The notes under the pieces were generated by a model. It made no database searches, was not told the DNA's origin, and worked only from the letters and a program-made list of their open reading frames with translations. Positions 10,364-20,307 of a stretch of DNA of 64,000 nucleotides are shown one piece after another. The number at the start of each line of letters is the position of its first letter. Position 1 is the stretch's first letter. The position numbers and the translations under genes are program-made. Source of the DNA: Blastocatellia bacterium (GTDB lineage Bacteria; Acidobacteriota; Blastocatellia; UBA7656); assembly GCA_963765495.1 (NCBI GenBank), contig CAVXWP010000002.1, positions 160,001-224,000 of the forward strand. The letters are read 5' to 3'.

Positions 10364-10621
10364 GGCAAAACCTCCAACATAATTCTTCGGCTTCGGAAAG
10401 ACTGAAGACCGATATTCTTGAAAACCATTTTGACAAGGAACGCGAGCCGTACGAAGGAATTGGACCTAAGGACTGGTATGGCTCCGCGAATTATTCAATA
10501 GATCGATTTGTTGAAGCGGCAGCATAACATAGGATTTGATTGTTGGAAAGCAAACCAGAGCGAGGAGGTATACATAATACTGGACCGACAAAGGGCCATA
10601 TAATTCTCAGGAAAACCGTTG

Positions 10622-10936
10622 CTATTCTGAAAATTCTAGCGCGAGAAGCGTCGAGCAATCCACGCACATAAGCAAAGGATTGTTGGCTTCTGTTTGCTCT
10701 ATAACGCCTACGCGCAAAGAACCGCATCTGGCGCAAGCCACCGTAGGCGCGCACGAATCTCTTTTCTCCACTTCGATCTTGTCAGACGACTTTCTCTCCA
10801 GATCACGTGTGAGCAGCTGGAAACTTGTGAGACATTCTCCGCATACATGATTGAAACAGCAATCAGGTTCGCAGCTATATACGACGTCGCCCGAGCCGCA
10901 ACCGGGGCAGTTTACACTGAGTGGTTTTGCTTTCAT
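10622..10936 (-). CDS. Small Cys-rich putative zinc/metal-binding protein
   Basis: CPGC, CEPDCCFNHVCGEC, CARC and CVDC motifs; 12 Cys in 104 aa. Confidence 0.7.
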   Translation of the reverse strand: MKAKPLSVNCPGCGSGDVVYSCEPDCCFNHVCGECLTSFQLLTRDLERKSSDKIEVEKRDSCAPTVACARCGSLRVGVIEQTEANNPLLMCVDCSTLLALEFSE

Positions 10937-10955
10937 CTCTTTGCAGATACCAGAG

Positions 10956-11825
10956 TCACAAATCAAGTTCTCGCGGTGTGATCCATCTCAGTATCAGACC
11001 GGCAATCATCCCGGTTGCTGTGACTCCCATAATGCCAAGTATGGCGGCAATGGTACGGCCGATGCTGGTCCTTGGAGTAATATCGCCATAACCGATTGAC
11101 CCGGCTGTGATTATTGACCAGTACAGCCCATCCGTGTAACTGAAATAGCGCCGCTGCTCCTCCGGCAAGTCCACCTTTGCGACGCTTTCTATCCTATCGC
11201 GAATCTCTCCATTCTCGGCGTAAATAAACAACAGCGGGAAGGCAAGTACGATCAGGAACACCTGTACCGCCAGATAGCCATAGAGGAAATTCCGGTTGCG
11301 CCGCACCCTTTTCATTTCGTAGATATAGGCGCGATTACGGAGGCGCAGCAATTCGCCATCCGCCATATTGAGGCTTATCGGCGCAAGCTGGAACAGCTCG
11401 AACATCTTTCCGAACTCGCCTTTTTTTTCGAACTGCTTTAGCGCATAGACCACGACTTCAGAAAGATGTTTTCTTATGCATTCAGTAGTCGATTCGTTCT
11501 CGTGTTTGAAACTGTAAAGACTCTCGAAATAAGAGATCACACGGGTTGGCATGCGCCAGGCAAGGACGCCGAAATCAGTCGCGTCTATGTGCTCCCCAAG
11601 AAAATTTGAGAACCTCTCTTCGGCAAGCACGCCGGGAAAATTACGCAAGGCCAGCAGGAAGGCCTGGCGTAGTTTTTCGAGCGTCTCGTCATCTTTGGTC
11701 TCCGGTTCTTCATAAAGATCAATGATTTTATTAAGCAACTCTCTGATCTTGTCGCCTCCTGTTGTCTTACGACTGAGAGCGACCAGTTCAGCAACGCGGT
11801 TATCAAGTGAATTTTTTGAGGCCAT
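10956..11825 (-). CDS. Potassium channel family protein (2TM pore domain) with N-terminal cytoplasmic domain
   Basis: DGLYWSIITAGSIGYGDITP selectivity-filter motif between two TM helices. Start MASKN chosen; the ORF extends to 11915. Confidence 0.8.
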   Translation of the reverse strand: MASKNSLDNRVAELVALSRKTTGGDKIRELLNKIIDLYEEPETKDDETLEKLRQAFLLALRNFPGVLAEERFSNFLGEHIDATDFGVLAWRMPTRVISYFESLYSFKHENESTTECIRKHLSEVVVYALKQFEKKGEFGKMFELFQLAPISLNMADGELLRLRNRAYIYEMKRVRRNRNFLYGYLAVQVFLIVLAFPLLFIYAENGEIRDRIESVAKVDLPEEQRRYFSYTDGLYWSIITAGSIGYGDITPRTSIGRTIAAILGIMGVTATGMIAGLILRWITPRELDL

Positions 11826-12024
11826 TATGAATCTGCCAATCGGTCTGCATGTCTTTTCAACCTGCCGAGCAAACCTCGGTATTTGCCTCAGAAGCGCCCG
11901 CTCAACCTCCGGCAATGAGATTGATTATGCTACAAAAAGGAGCGACCAACAATCCGACATCCGCCGCCCTATTCTATTATCTATATTCCTGATGATTTAG
12001 TTGAGATGAAAAGCCTGGCCTAAT

Positions 12025-12096
12025 TTGTGGCTTTGCGTTGATTTATTTCTCGCAAAGCCGCAAGGTCGCAAAGTAGGCTAAGAATTTCCCGAGAAA
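12025..12096. repeat. CGCAAAG-type intergenic palindrome
   Basis: TTGTGGCTTTGCG...CGCAAAGCCGCAAGGTCGCAAAG...ATTTCCCGAGAA. Confidence 0.6.
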
Positions 12097-12224
12097 CCTG
12101 AGGCGCTGAATGGGCCTCGGGTTGAATTGTCATTAAAACCGCATGTGGTTTTGTAAATTGTTTTACTTGTGATAATCTCTTGCCGCTTCTCGAATTTACC
12201 CCAAAACTCTCAGGAGGAAAACTG

Positions 12225-15116
12225 ATGCGCAAGTTGATCAAGGTCATGTTGCTCTCTATGTTTATGGGCGGAATCGGCTATTTCAGTCTCTTGAGTTTGA
12301 CTGGTCACGACAAGGTTTTTGCGGCGGTCGAGGCCCCGACGGCGCTACAGGAGGATGGGAAGTTGTGTCAGTGCCCGGATGCAAAAGAGTCTACACTACC
12401 CAGGCCAGGCTCACTTTCCCCTGATGAGTTTCACGACCGATTACTTGCCTTTCTTGAAGGGGGCGAGTACGCGAAGTTGAAATGGTGCGAAGACAAAAGA
12501 GTGCGCGACACCGGGCCCTGGATTGACGGAAAATATTACGGGGTTCACCCCGCGGTCAGAGTCTTTTATTCGCCCGGGGTGATGAACTGGCTGGTCGGGG
12601 GCAGGCTCGGCACGATTCCAGACGGTGCGATGATCGTAAAAGAGATGTATAACCCCGGCCCGGCGGCCAGATGGCAGGATCAAACATTGAAGCCGAAAAG
12701 CTGGACCGTGATGATCAAAGACTCGAAAGGCTCAAAGGACGGGTGGTTCTGGGGCGACCTTTATACCGACAATCCTCCTATGCCAAAACCGAGCGCGAGC
12801 CTCAACCCTCCATTCCCCGTAGCAAGCGAAGGCTATAGCCTCGCCTGCATTCACTGCCACGCTTCGGCCGAAAAAGAACTCACATTCTCGTCGCTCAACA
12901 ACATAAAAGGGTTTCAGGGGGATCCGATTACTTACTTCATCGACGACACCTGGAGAGAGACCCCCAAAACAGAGCCTTCGCCGGAAGAAGCAAGCAATCT
13001 GGCCCCGAGTCACAGAAAATCACTCGCCCGGTTGAGAGCGATCATGCCGCGGAAAGCGGCGACAACCGCAAGCCCGGAGTTTGCAAAATTCTTAGGACAG
13101 CTTGCGCCCGATCCGGCTGTGCGCGTGATGCCCGCAGAAACCTATGACCATATTTTCGCCTCGGCCAAAGGGCCGGAGATGTTCGTCACATCGGATAACT
13201 GTCAGTGGTGCCATAGCGGAAATGCATGGTATGGAAAGAAAAATTATATGATCCTGCAAACTTCGGCTAAAGATCGGGTGAATGTCTCGCCTTATGGAGA
13301 GTGGCGCTGGTCCCCCATGGGTCTTGCGGGGCGTGACCCGGTCTTTTTCGCTCAACTCGATAGCGAGATCGCCTATCTGAAACGAGAGAAGACCGAGCAG
13401 GATGTTCAGGCGGTTCAGAATCTCTGCTTTAGCTGTCACGGCGTGATGGGCAAACGGCAGCTTGATCTCGATCACGGTTATATGGGCAATCCCGGCAGCG
13501 GCCCTCCCGGGAAAGAACCGAACTTCGATTTGAATTTCGTCTACAACACAGACACGAGTGATGCAAACTTCAAATACGGCGCTCTGGGCCGTGACGGGAT
13601 AAGTTGCGCGGCCTGCCATCACATCGTCGAAGACAAGACACCTGTCGGCAAAGACTCTCTGCAATGGTTTCTCGACCATTCCATCACGGGCAGGTTCAAG
13701 GCAGGCATGCCCGAAGAGCTTTTCGGCCCCTTCAAGGACAACGAAATCACTACCTATCCGATGAAAGAGACGCTTGGGATTGATCCGAAGCACGATGCAT
13801 ATGTAAAAGATTCGCGGCTGTGCGGCAGTTGCCACGCGATTGATCTACCTGTAATGGACGGTAAACCGGGCGAGTTTCATCTGGAACAGGCGACCTATCT
13901 GGAATGGCTCAACAGCGAGTATCAGACCGAATTTTCACCCGGCCCAAACGCGAAATCCTGTCAGGATTGTCATATGCCCGCGGGCTTTGCCAACAAGAAA
14001 AAGAAGGTCAACATAAGTCAGATAGAATCGGTCATCGCCGATATTCAGGATGAGTCTTTCCCGATGTCGGAACACCGCGCCTCCGAAGATAAGGTGCAGG
14101 TTCGATATAGAACCGGCGTTGTGGCAAAGGGCGAAGATGGATTTGTTCGACATCAGATGCAGGGGCTTAATCTTTATCTGATCGAGATGTTCAACCAGTT
14201 CATGCAACCGGATGCCGCAAACAATTTCTACAACGACATTCTGGGCGTCCGAAAAAGCGATTACATGAGCACCTTGAACAACGATCTCGATAATGCAGTG
14301 GATAATCTGGTTCAGCAGGCGGAAAACGATACTGCCACGGTGGAGGTTTCGCCTCCAAAGATCGAAAACAATCAGCTCATAGTCGATGTAAAAGTGACGA
14401 ACAAGACCGGCCACCGCCTGCCGAGCGGAGTCGGTTTCCGCCGCGCCTTTCTTGAATTCGATGTCATAGATAACAGCGGCGGCAGCGAGAAGATTATCTG
14501 GGCTTCGGGGCGCACAAACGAAGTGGGCCTTATAGTTGATAACGATGGAAACCCACTCGACTCGGAGTATGTAGGAACAAACGGCGAGAGGGGAAAGAGC
14601 TGGCAGCATCATTACTATGGTAAGGATCATCCGATCAAAAGCTCGAAGGAAGTGCAGATTTATGAAGAACTGGTCAAGGATGCAACGGGCAATTTCACAA
14701 CCAGTTTCTTGCGGATTGATGAGGATTTCAAGGACAACCGATTGCTGCCCATAGGGTGGAAGCCAAAGGGGCCGAGCCCCTCGCTCACGGGCAGGTATTT
14801 AGAAATCACGCATCCAAAAGGCGAAGCCGAAGAAGACCCGAATTACAAAAACGGCAGTGGGACGAGCGTCTTACGATACCAGATACCGCTCAGCGAATTG
14901 CGAGGCCTCGCCCCATCACAATTGACCGTAAAGGCCGCGTTGTACTATCAGGCAACTCCGCCTTATTACCTGATGCAGAGATTCCAGCAGGCCCCGAACG
15001 GCGACGGCACGAGGCGGTTGTATTACCTGACATCAAATCTCAAGGTAAAGGGAACGCCTATTGAAAACTGGAAGCTCTTTCTCGCTTCCGGCTCTGCGCC
15101 TGTTGTCGGAAGGTAA
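12225..15116 (+). CDS. Periplasmic multiheme cytochrome c with N-terminal cytochrome P460-like domain
   Basis: Six CxxCH motifs (CIHCH, CQWCH, CFSCH, CAACH, CGSCH, CQDCH); P460-like PDGAMIVKE...WTVMIKDSKGSKDGWFW; C-terminal GHRLPSG; SD AGGAGG and a signal peptide. Confidence 0.85.
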   Translation: MRKLIKVMLLSMFMGGIGYFSLLSLTGHDKVFAAVEAPTALQEDGKLCQCPDAKESTLPRPGSLSPDEFHDRLLAFLEGGEYAKLKWCEDKRVRDTGPWIDGKYYGVHPAVRVFYSPGVMNWLVGGRLGTIPDGAMIVKEMYNPGPAARWQDQTLKPKSWTVMIKDSKGSKDGWFWGDLYTDNPPMPKPSASLNPPFPVASEGYSLACIHCHASAEKELTFSSLNNIKGFQGDPITYFIDDTWRETPKTEPSPEEASNLAPSHRKSLARLRAIMPRKAATTASPEFAKFLGQLAPDPAVRVMPAETYDHIFASAKGPEMFVTSDNCQWCHSGNAWYGKKNYMILQTSAKDRVNVSPYGEWRWSPMGLAGRDPVFFAQLDSEIAYLKREKTEQDVQAVQNLCFSCHGVMGKRQLDLDHGYMGNPGSGPPGKEPNFDLNFVYNTDTSDANFKYGALGRDGISCAACHHIVEDKTPVGKDSLQWFLDHSITGRFKAGMPEELFGPFKDNEITTYPMKETLGIDPKHDAYVKDSRLCGSCHAIDLPVMDGKPGEFHLEQATYLEWLNSEYQTEFSPGPNAKSCQDCHMPAGFANKKKKVNISQIESVIADIQDESFPMSEHRASEDKVQVRYRTGVVAKGEDGFVRHQMQGLNLYLIEMFNQFMQPDAANNFYNDILGVRKSDYMSTLNNDLDNAVDNLVQQAENDTATVEVSPPKIENNQLIVDVKVTNKTGHRLPSGVGFRRAFLEFDVIDNSGGSEKIIWASGRTNEVGLIVDNDGNPLDSEYVGTNGERGKSWQHHYYGKDHPIKSSKEVQIYEELVKDATGNFTTSFLRIDEDFKDNRLLPIGWKPKGPSPSLTGRYLEITHPKGEAEEDPNYKNGSGTSVLRYQIPLSELRGLAPSQLTVKAALYYQATPPYYLMQRFQQAPNGDGTRRLYYLTSNLKVKGTPIENWKLFLASGSAPVVGR

Positions 15117-15193
15117 ACTTTCGAGTAGCCCGCACAGAGATTTCCAGAAGGTTATCTGCATCGTAGACTATCGTTTCTGAGCTTCAGGAAATT

Positions 15194-15271
15194 CTTTGCG
15201 TGCTTGGCGTTGCTTGCGACCCGACGAACAACAGGTTCTCGCAAAGACACAGAGACGCCAAGCACGCAAAG
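15194..15271. repeat. CGCAAAG-type intergenic palindrome
   Basis: CTTTGCGTGCTTGGCGT ... ACGCCAAGCACGCAAAG, a perfect 17-bp inverted repeat. Confidence 0.8.
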
Positions 15272-15346
15272 TTTTCCGATCAAACACCGAGTTGTTCCTG
15301 TTTTTGCCCGGTTTGAAATTCTCTATTTTTTGATATACTGCCCCGC

Positions 15347-15973
15347 ATGGCTCGCTCAAAGTTTGAAGACAAAGTCTGGTTCAATCAGAATCGTAAGCTT
15401 GACGGGATTTGCAGAGATGTTTCACTGGCCCGGACCAACCACCGGAACGTGCTGATCCTCGCCCACTTTCAAAGCACGCTGTCTTTGATGGAATCGGCGC
15501 TCCGCGCCCGCTCGATTGGTTACGGGAGCTATTCATCTTTCGATTTTTCTACGCTGCTCAATCGTGGAGCCAGTGCCAATTCTTCCGAGGTATGGCTCGG
15601 ACTTTCCTCATCCTTTCAAAACCCAATCTTTTCAATCGACAGCAAAACAGAGCTACTGGTCATTTTTCCTGAGCACCATCCCAGGCGTTCCAGAGATCAG
15701 CACCTTCTGGACCTTCTCGATGCTTCCCCATGCAAGAAAGAGATAGTCTTTCACACCGCGCTGACCGATCCGCTGATGATTCACTTTGGAGGGGAAAGGA
15801 TTCAAGACTTGATGAGGCGGATGGGAGCCGACGAAGAGCTTGAAATTTCCCATCCACTTGTGAGCAACGCCATCAGCAACGCGCAGGAAAAGATCGATAA
15901 GCAGGTTCAGCAAGAGATCCAGACCCAATCGGATGCGGATTGGTTCAAGTACAATCTCGGCAAGAGAGATTGA
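15347..15973 (+). CDS. Stand-alone SecA NBD2/scaffold-like protein
   Basis: DKVW..K..GI...NVLI; LLVIFPEHHPRRSRDQHL resembles SecA IIGTERHESRRIDNQL; LTDPLMIHFGGERI...ISHPLVSNAISNAQEKI resembles LEDDLMRIFGSER...AIENAQKKV. Confidence 0.7.
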   Translation: MARSKFEDKVWFNQNRKLDGICRDVSLARTNHRNVLILAHFQSTLSLMESALRARSIGYGSYSSFDFSTLLNRGASANSSEVWLGLSSSFQNPIFSIDSKTELLVIFPEHHPRRSRDQHLLDLLDASPCKKEIVFHTALTDPLMIHFGGERIQDLMRRMGADEELEISHPLVSNAISNAQEKIDKQVQQEIQTQSDADWFKYNLGKRD

Positions 15974-16048
15974 ACCCTTTTCGACTTCTTTTTCGCTCTT
16001 CCCGCATCACGCATTTCCTTCATTTGTAGCTGTCTTTCGCGGTGTGGT

Positions 16049-16501
16049 TTAGCCAGCCCCGGTAATTGCCGCTATCTGGATCATGATGCGACTGAGACTC
16101 TGCTGGCTTTCCGCGACCTTGTTGTCTGATAAATCATCAAGGTGAATCTTTGCGCTAAGCGAGGAGGCCTCCTGGCGGAGTCTTTCAAGACGAACATAGA
16201 GTGTAAACAGATAGCGCCTTGCCGAGTCTAACTGGCTCTGACACCGCGCTGCGGATTCGGTCAATTCCATAATCGTGCTGTCAACTTCAATGGAGCGCGA
16301 TTTGAGCACAAGCAGTTTATTGATGTCACCCGTTCCAGCCAGTGCCTGCGGGTTCGAATCAAGCCTGTGCTTTTCGGTCTTCTTCTCTTCGAGCAAATTC
16401 TTTATCTGAACGAGCTTTAACTCGAGCCTTTCAACAGCCGATTCAGCCCTTCCCATCTCACCATTACTCACTTTTATTTGATGCATGTTCACCCTCACCA
16501 T
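16049..16501 (-). CDS. Hypothetical coiled-coil protein
   Basis: 150-aa helical heptad-like ORF with no recognisable motif. Confidence 0.5.
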   Translation of the reverse strand: MVRVNMHQIKVSNGEMGRAESAVERLELKLVQIKNLLEEKKTEKHRLDSNPQALAGTGDINKLLVLKSRSIEVDSTIMELTESAARCQSQLDSARRYLFTLYVRLERLRQEASSLSAKIHLDDLSDNKVAESQQSLSRIMIQIAAITGAG

Positions 16502-16644
16502 TGCCAGTGCAGTTTTTCATCGGGCCACAGTGCTCTTACAATTTACGAATTGCCAATAAATACAATCTGAGACGAGGTGAGTCAAAATATGATCACTCGG
16601 CCCTCAACACAAGATTAGTGTTTTTTTACACCCGGCTCAGATGT

Positions 16645-17463
16645 TTAAAGCGCGGTCCACCCCGACGGCAGGGCTCGGACATCGCGATACTTCTCTATGA
16701 GTTCCTGATTTTCAGGTATATTCTTGACAAGAATATTGGCCACCCCGTCGGCATAGATCAGTTTCCACCCCTTGCTTGATTGCAGCAACCTGCACAGCGG
16801 AGCGTTTGCAGAGATCCAGACCCAATCGGATGCGGTCAGCAAGAGGACCATACCAAAGATGCATCCTGCGTGAAGGTTGACCCAGACAATCATCAGTGGC
16901 GGCAGAAATTTCAGATAATTCAATCCTTCACGTTGAAAGAGTTCCAGTACTATAAAAAATGCGAGAGTCATCAGGAAGGAAAACAGATGCGGACGAGCAT
17001 GCCAGTGGGCTCTTGATGCCAGTACGGCCATCACGACAAGCTGGATTGCCGCCAAAGGGTTTACCCGTCTGAAGATCAGAAATTTGTAAAGCAACAGGAA
17101 TGTCAGGCTAATGATCGCCACCGAAACCAGCACTACCCCATTCAACCCCATCAATTGATAAAAGAGAGCCATTATGACCTCGGCCAGCCATTCGTGAGCC
17201 GTCCAGGGTGCTCCGGCCATTGTGTGTGAATATGGGTCCTGTAAGGGAACACTAAATGTCCTCAGTATGTTCTCACCCGTTAAGATGTGCCAGGCCGTAT
17301 CGCCATCACCCAGAAGCGTCTGACCAATATTGAGACTCAGCAGAAAGATGCCTATAAACAGGGCATCTCCTATTGACGGCATCAGAAACTCTCGCACACC
17401 GGGCCGTTCAACCGCTTGATTACTATAAGGGCTTTCAATGATATCCCACATATCCATAGACAC
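16645..17463 (-). pseudogene. Polytopic membrane protein (GT-C glycosyltransferase-like), apparently internally deleted
   Basis: DGDTAWHILTG, YSHT..PWTAHEWLAEV, RPHLFS and WVNLHAG motifs jump directly to a family-like C-terminus (WKLIYADGVA). Confidence 0.55.
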
Positions 17464-17865
17464 AAATATTGAGCGATTTATAGAGCCCCGATCTTTGCAT
17501 GTACTGGGGTGAGCGTCGCGGGAGCAACCAAATGGACCGTGAATATTACAGGAAACAGTAACCCTCTTCTGCCACTCGAAATCCTACCATCCGAGCAAAC
17601 GGGGGACAACAGTTTTGTTTGCCATGAATTTTACTACTTTCGAATCAGCCAGGTATTGCCGCTTTATGCTTCCATCTTTGACAGTAATCTTGTTCTCACA
17701 TGTTTATTGTGATATACATGTCGTTTCAAACTCATGCAGTAAGGTTTTCGGCACAAAAGCGGGGTGAGCTTTTTCGGGTGGAAATCGTATACTGTATCCT
17801 CGCTCGTGTCGGCAACCAGAGCTTTTTCAAATCCAGCACCAGATTACCTCTCAAGGAGTAAAGCC

Positions 17866-18195
17866 ATAGCCCATTCAAATTCAGGTTTGACGCGACGGCG
17901 CTTTTTGGAAATGGTTGGTATGGCAGGCGGTTCTGCTGCGGTCTACGAGACGATGGTTGCGGTGGGATTGATAAACAGACCGGAGGCGTGGACCGGCCCG
18001 CCTCAGATACCGGCGGGGGCAGGGGAAGGTAAAACCGTTCTGATTCTGGGCGCGGGCATCGGCGGGCTTACAACCGCTTATATGCTCAGCCGAGCCGGGT
18101 TTAGATGCCAGATTTATGAGGCTCAGGACAGAGCCGGTGGCCGCAATCACACCGCTCGCCGTGGGACGATCATAGTCGAAGAGAGTAATTCGTGA
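17866..18195 (+). pseudogene. Flavin monoamine / L-amino-acid oxidase N-terminal remnant
   Basis: Tat-like LTRRRFL leader, Rossmann VLILGAGIGGLTTAY...YEAQDRAGGR, stops after about 110 codons; the SD AAGGAG is followed by ATA instead of ATG. Confidence 0.75.
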
Positions 18196-18215
18196 TCGGT
18201 GAAGAACGAGAATTA

Positions 18216-18279
18216 GACAGGATTAACAAGATTAACACTTTTTTTTCAACCGCCTTTCAGAAATCCTGTTAATCCTGTC
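18216..18279. repeat. GACAGGAT-type intergenic palindrome
   Basis: GACAGGATTAACAAGATT ... AATCCTGTTAATCCTGTC. Confidence 0.75.
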
Positions 18280-18342
18280 AAAAACATTCATCTCTTCACA
18301 CACACTCTCGCGCAGCGCCACGACTTGTCATAATATTTAGGC

Positions 18343-19113
18343 ATGAGTTTTAAGGATCATTTCTCAAGCCTCGCCCCGGACTATTCCCAATTCAGACCGC
18401 GCTATCCGAAATCATTGTTCGAGTATCTATCCTCGCTTGTAGCTCGCCACGAAAGAGCATGGGATTGCGGAACCGGCAGCGGGCAGGCGGCAAACGGCCT
18501 CGTGCCTTTCTTCGATCAGGTCGTCGCTACCGACGCGAGCCGCCAGCAGATCGCAAATGCTCAAAAACACGAACGGATTGTCTATCTTGTCTCTTATAGC
18601 GAGAGCGTAAATATTCAGTCCGACTCGGTTGATCTTGTCACAACAGCCCAGGCGATTCACTGGTTCAAGATTGACGGGTTCTTCAAAGAGGTGGCTAGAG
18701 TGGCGCGGGAAGATGGTGTGGTTGCGGTCTGGGCTTATCGCTTCATCTATATCTCCGATCCGATTGATGAGTTGCTTGAATACTTTCACGAGAAAATCAT
18801 CAAGCAGTACTGGAGCGCGGAGAACCGGATCGTAGACGAAGGATTGAAGTCACTCCCCTTCCCTTTCGATGAGATTCAGACGCCTGAATTTGAGATGGAG
18901 GCTGATTGGGATTTAGACCATCTGATCGGATTTCTGGGTACGTGGTCAGCCGTCAAACTATTCAAAGAGCACGAAGGGACCGATCCGATAAAGCCGATAG
19001 AGCGCGAACTGAGAGAGGCGTGGGGTGAGGCGCATCAGAAACGCAACATCAGATGGCCGCTCAGCCTGAGGGTCGGACGTATAACCGAAGGCGTAAAGGA
19101 GAGTGTGAAATGA
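18343..19113 (+). CDS. Class I SAM-dependent methyltransferase
   Basis: FRPRYP, AWDCGTGSGQ, DLVTTAQAIHWF. Confidence 0.9.
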   Translation: MSFKDHFSSLAPDYSQFRPRYPKSLFEYLSSLVARHERAWDCGTGSGQAANGLVPFFDQVVATDASRQQIANAQKHERIVYLVSYSESVNIQSDSVDLVTTAQAIHWFKIDGFFKEVARVAREDGVVAVWAYRFIYISDPIDELLEYFHEKIIKQYWSAENRIVDEGLKSLPFPFDEIQTPEFEMEADWDLDHLIGFLGTWSAVKLFKEHEGTDPIKPIERELREAWGEAHQKRNIRWPLSLRVGRITEGVKESVK

Positions 19114-19652
19114 GTGTCCTTGATTTTTTGCGGGAATCTTTTCGATATATGAAATGGGCAGATGCAGAAATATGGAAGACAGCCTTTGACACGACAGATG
19201 CTGAAACCGATAGTGAACTGCGAGATCGTTTTCTGCACATACACGTAGTCCAACAGGGTTTCTTTCACGTCTGGCGAGGCGCGGCCTTCGATTTTCAGGC
19301 CGCCATGCAGGCTCACAGCGAGTTGAACTCCATCTCATCGTGGGCAGAGCAATACCACATCGAGGTAGCCGATTTTCTCGCAACTCTCGATGAGGCGGCG
19401 CTTGATCGTCCGGTCGAATTGCCGTGGGCCGGGATAGTCACGGCGCGGATGGGTCGAGAGCCCAAAACGCCTACACTTCAAGACACGCTCCATCAGGTAG
19501 TAATGCACACAATTTATCATCGAGGTCAGGTGGCGACTCGATTGCGCGGGCTTGGAAGTGAGCCGCCGACTACTGACTTTATCGTCTGGGTCTGGGTGGG
19601 AAGGCCCGAACCAGTCTGGCCGACTCCGAAGAATACAAAGAGTGATGCGTGA
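19110..19652 (+). CDS. DinB family protein
   Basis: WADAEIW, HIHVVQ, HQVVMHTIYHRGQV His-triad pattern; ATGA overlap with the methyltransferase. Confidence 0.85.
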   Translation: MSVLDFLRESFRYMKWADAEIWKTAFDTTDAETDSELRDRFLHIHVVQQGFFHVWRGAAFDFQAAMQAHSELNSISSWAEQYHIEVADFLATLDEAALDRPVELPWAGIVTARMGREPKTPTLQDTLHQVVMHTIYHRGQVATRLRGLGSEPPTTDFIVWVWVGRPEPVWPTPKNTKSDA

Positions 19653-19730
19653 TGCGTGATGCGTGACTCTCAGGGGCCTGCCAGTAAAAGTCAAGTTGTA
19701 AGACTGGTTAATCACGCATCATTCTTCACG
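19642..19730. repeat. GTGATGC heptamer-type palindromic element
   Basis: (GTGATGC)3GTGACT ... AATCACGCATCATTCTTCACG. Confidence 0.75.
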
Positions 19731-19750
19731 TCCCGATTTAGAGAGGCAAT

Positions 19751-20215
19751 ATGGGTTTGTTACCAGCCATTCAAATCAGTCTGTTGCTGATCGTTCTGCA
19801 CACACATCCGGCGTCCTCCGTTCCAGTCTCTCAGAAATACGCTCCCGTAGTGGGACGATGGCGAATCGAATTGAAAATTGATCGGACATCGGAGTCGCTT
19901 GAATTCGAAACCGACGGCAACGGCGTATATGGTCTGGGCACGGGATACTTTGTGTTCGTATCGCCCGAAGAGTCCAGACCCCGCGAGTATCCGGCCGCGT
20001 GGTCAAATATTGATCCGCAGCGAATCAACATCACAGCCGAAATGATCTTGCCTGACAAGGGCGCTTCTCATCCGGGAACGCTTCTGTTAAGAACGGTCCT
20101 GGCTGCGGGCAAGGACATAAAGGGAGAGGCGATATTTATTGACGAGGCTTTCAAGAGCCATCGTGGATCGTTCACAATGAAGCGACTGTTAAGCCCCGAG
20201 GAATTGAAACGCTAG
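19751..20215 (+). CDS. Secreted hypothetical protein (beta-rich)
   Basis: Signal peptide; VVGRWRIE lipocalin-like start. Confidence 0.6.
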   Translation: MGLLPAIQISLLLIVLHTHPASSVPVSQKYAPVVGRWRIELKIDRTSESLEFETDGNGVYGLGTGYFVFVSPEESRPREYPAAWSNIDPQRINITAEMILPDKGASHPGTLLLRTVLAAGKDIKGEAIFIDEAFKSHRGSFTMKRLLSPEELKR

Positions 20216-20307
20216 ATCTATTTCATGAGTGAATCGATTGCATAAAGTCCGATGGTCTGTATGATAAAAAGATCGATTTGCTGAGAGCTTGAACGGAGAG
20301 AAAAACA

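Noticed and set aside
10418-10434. TTGAAAACCATTTTGAC as a Fur box upstream of the VWA gene
   Set aside because: Imperfect palindrome with no iron-related context.
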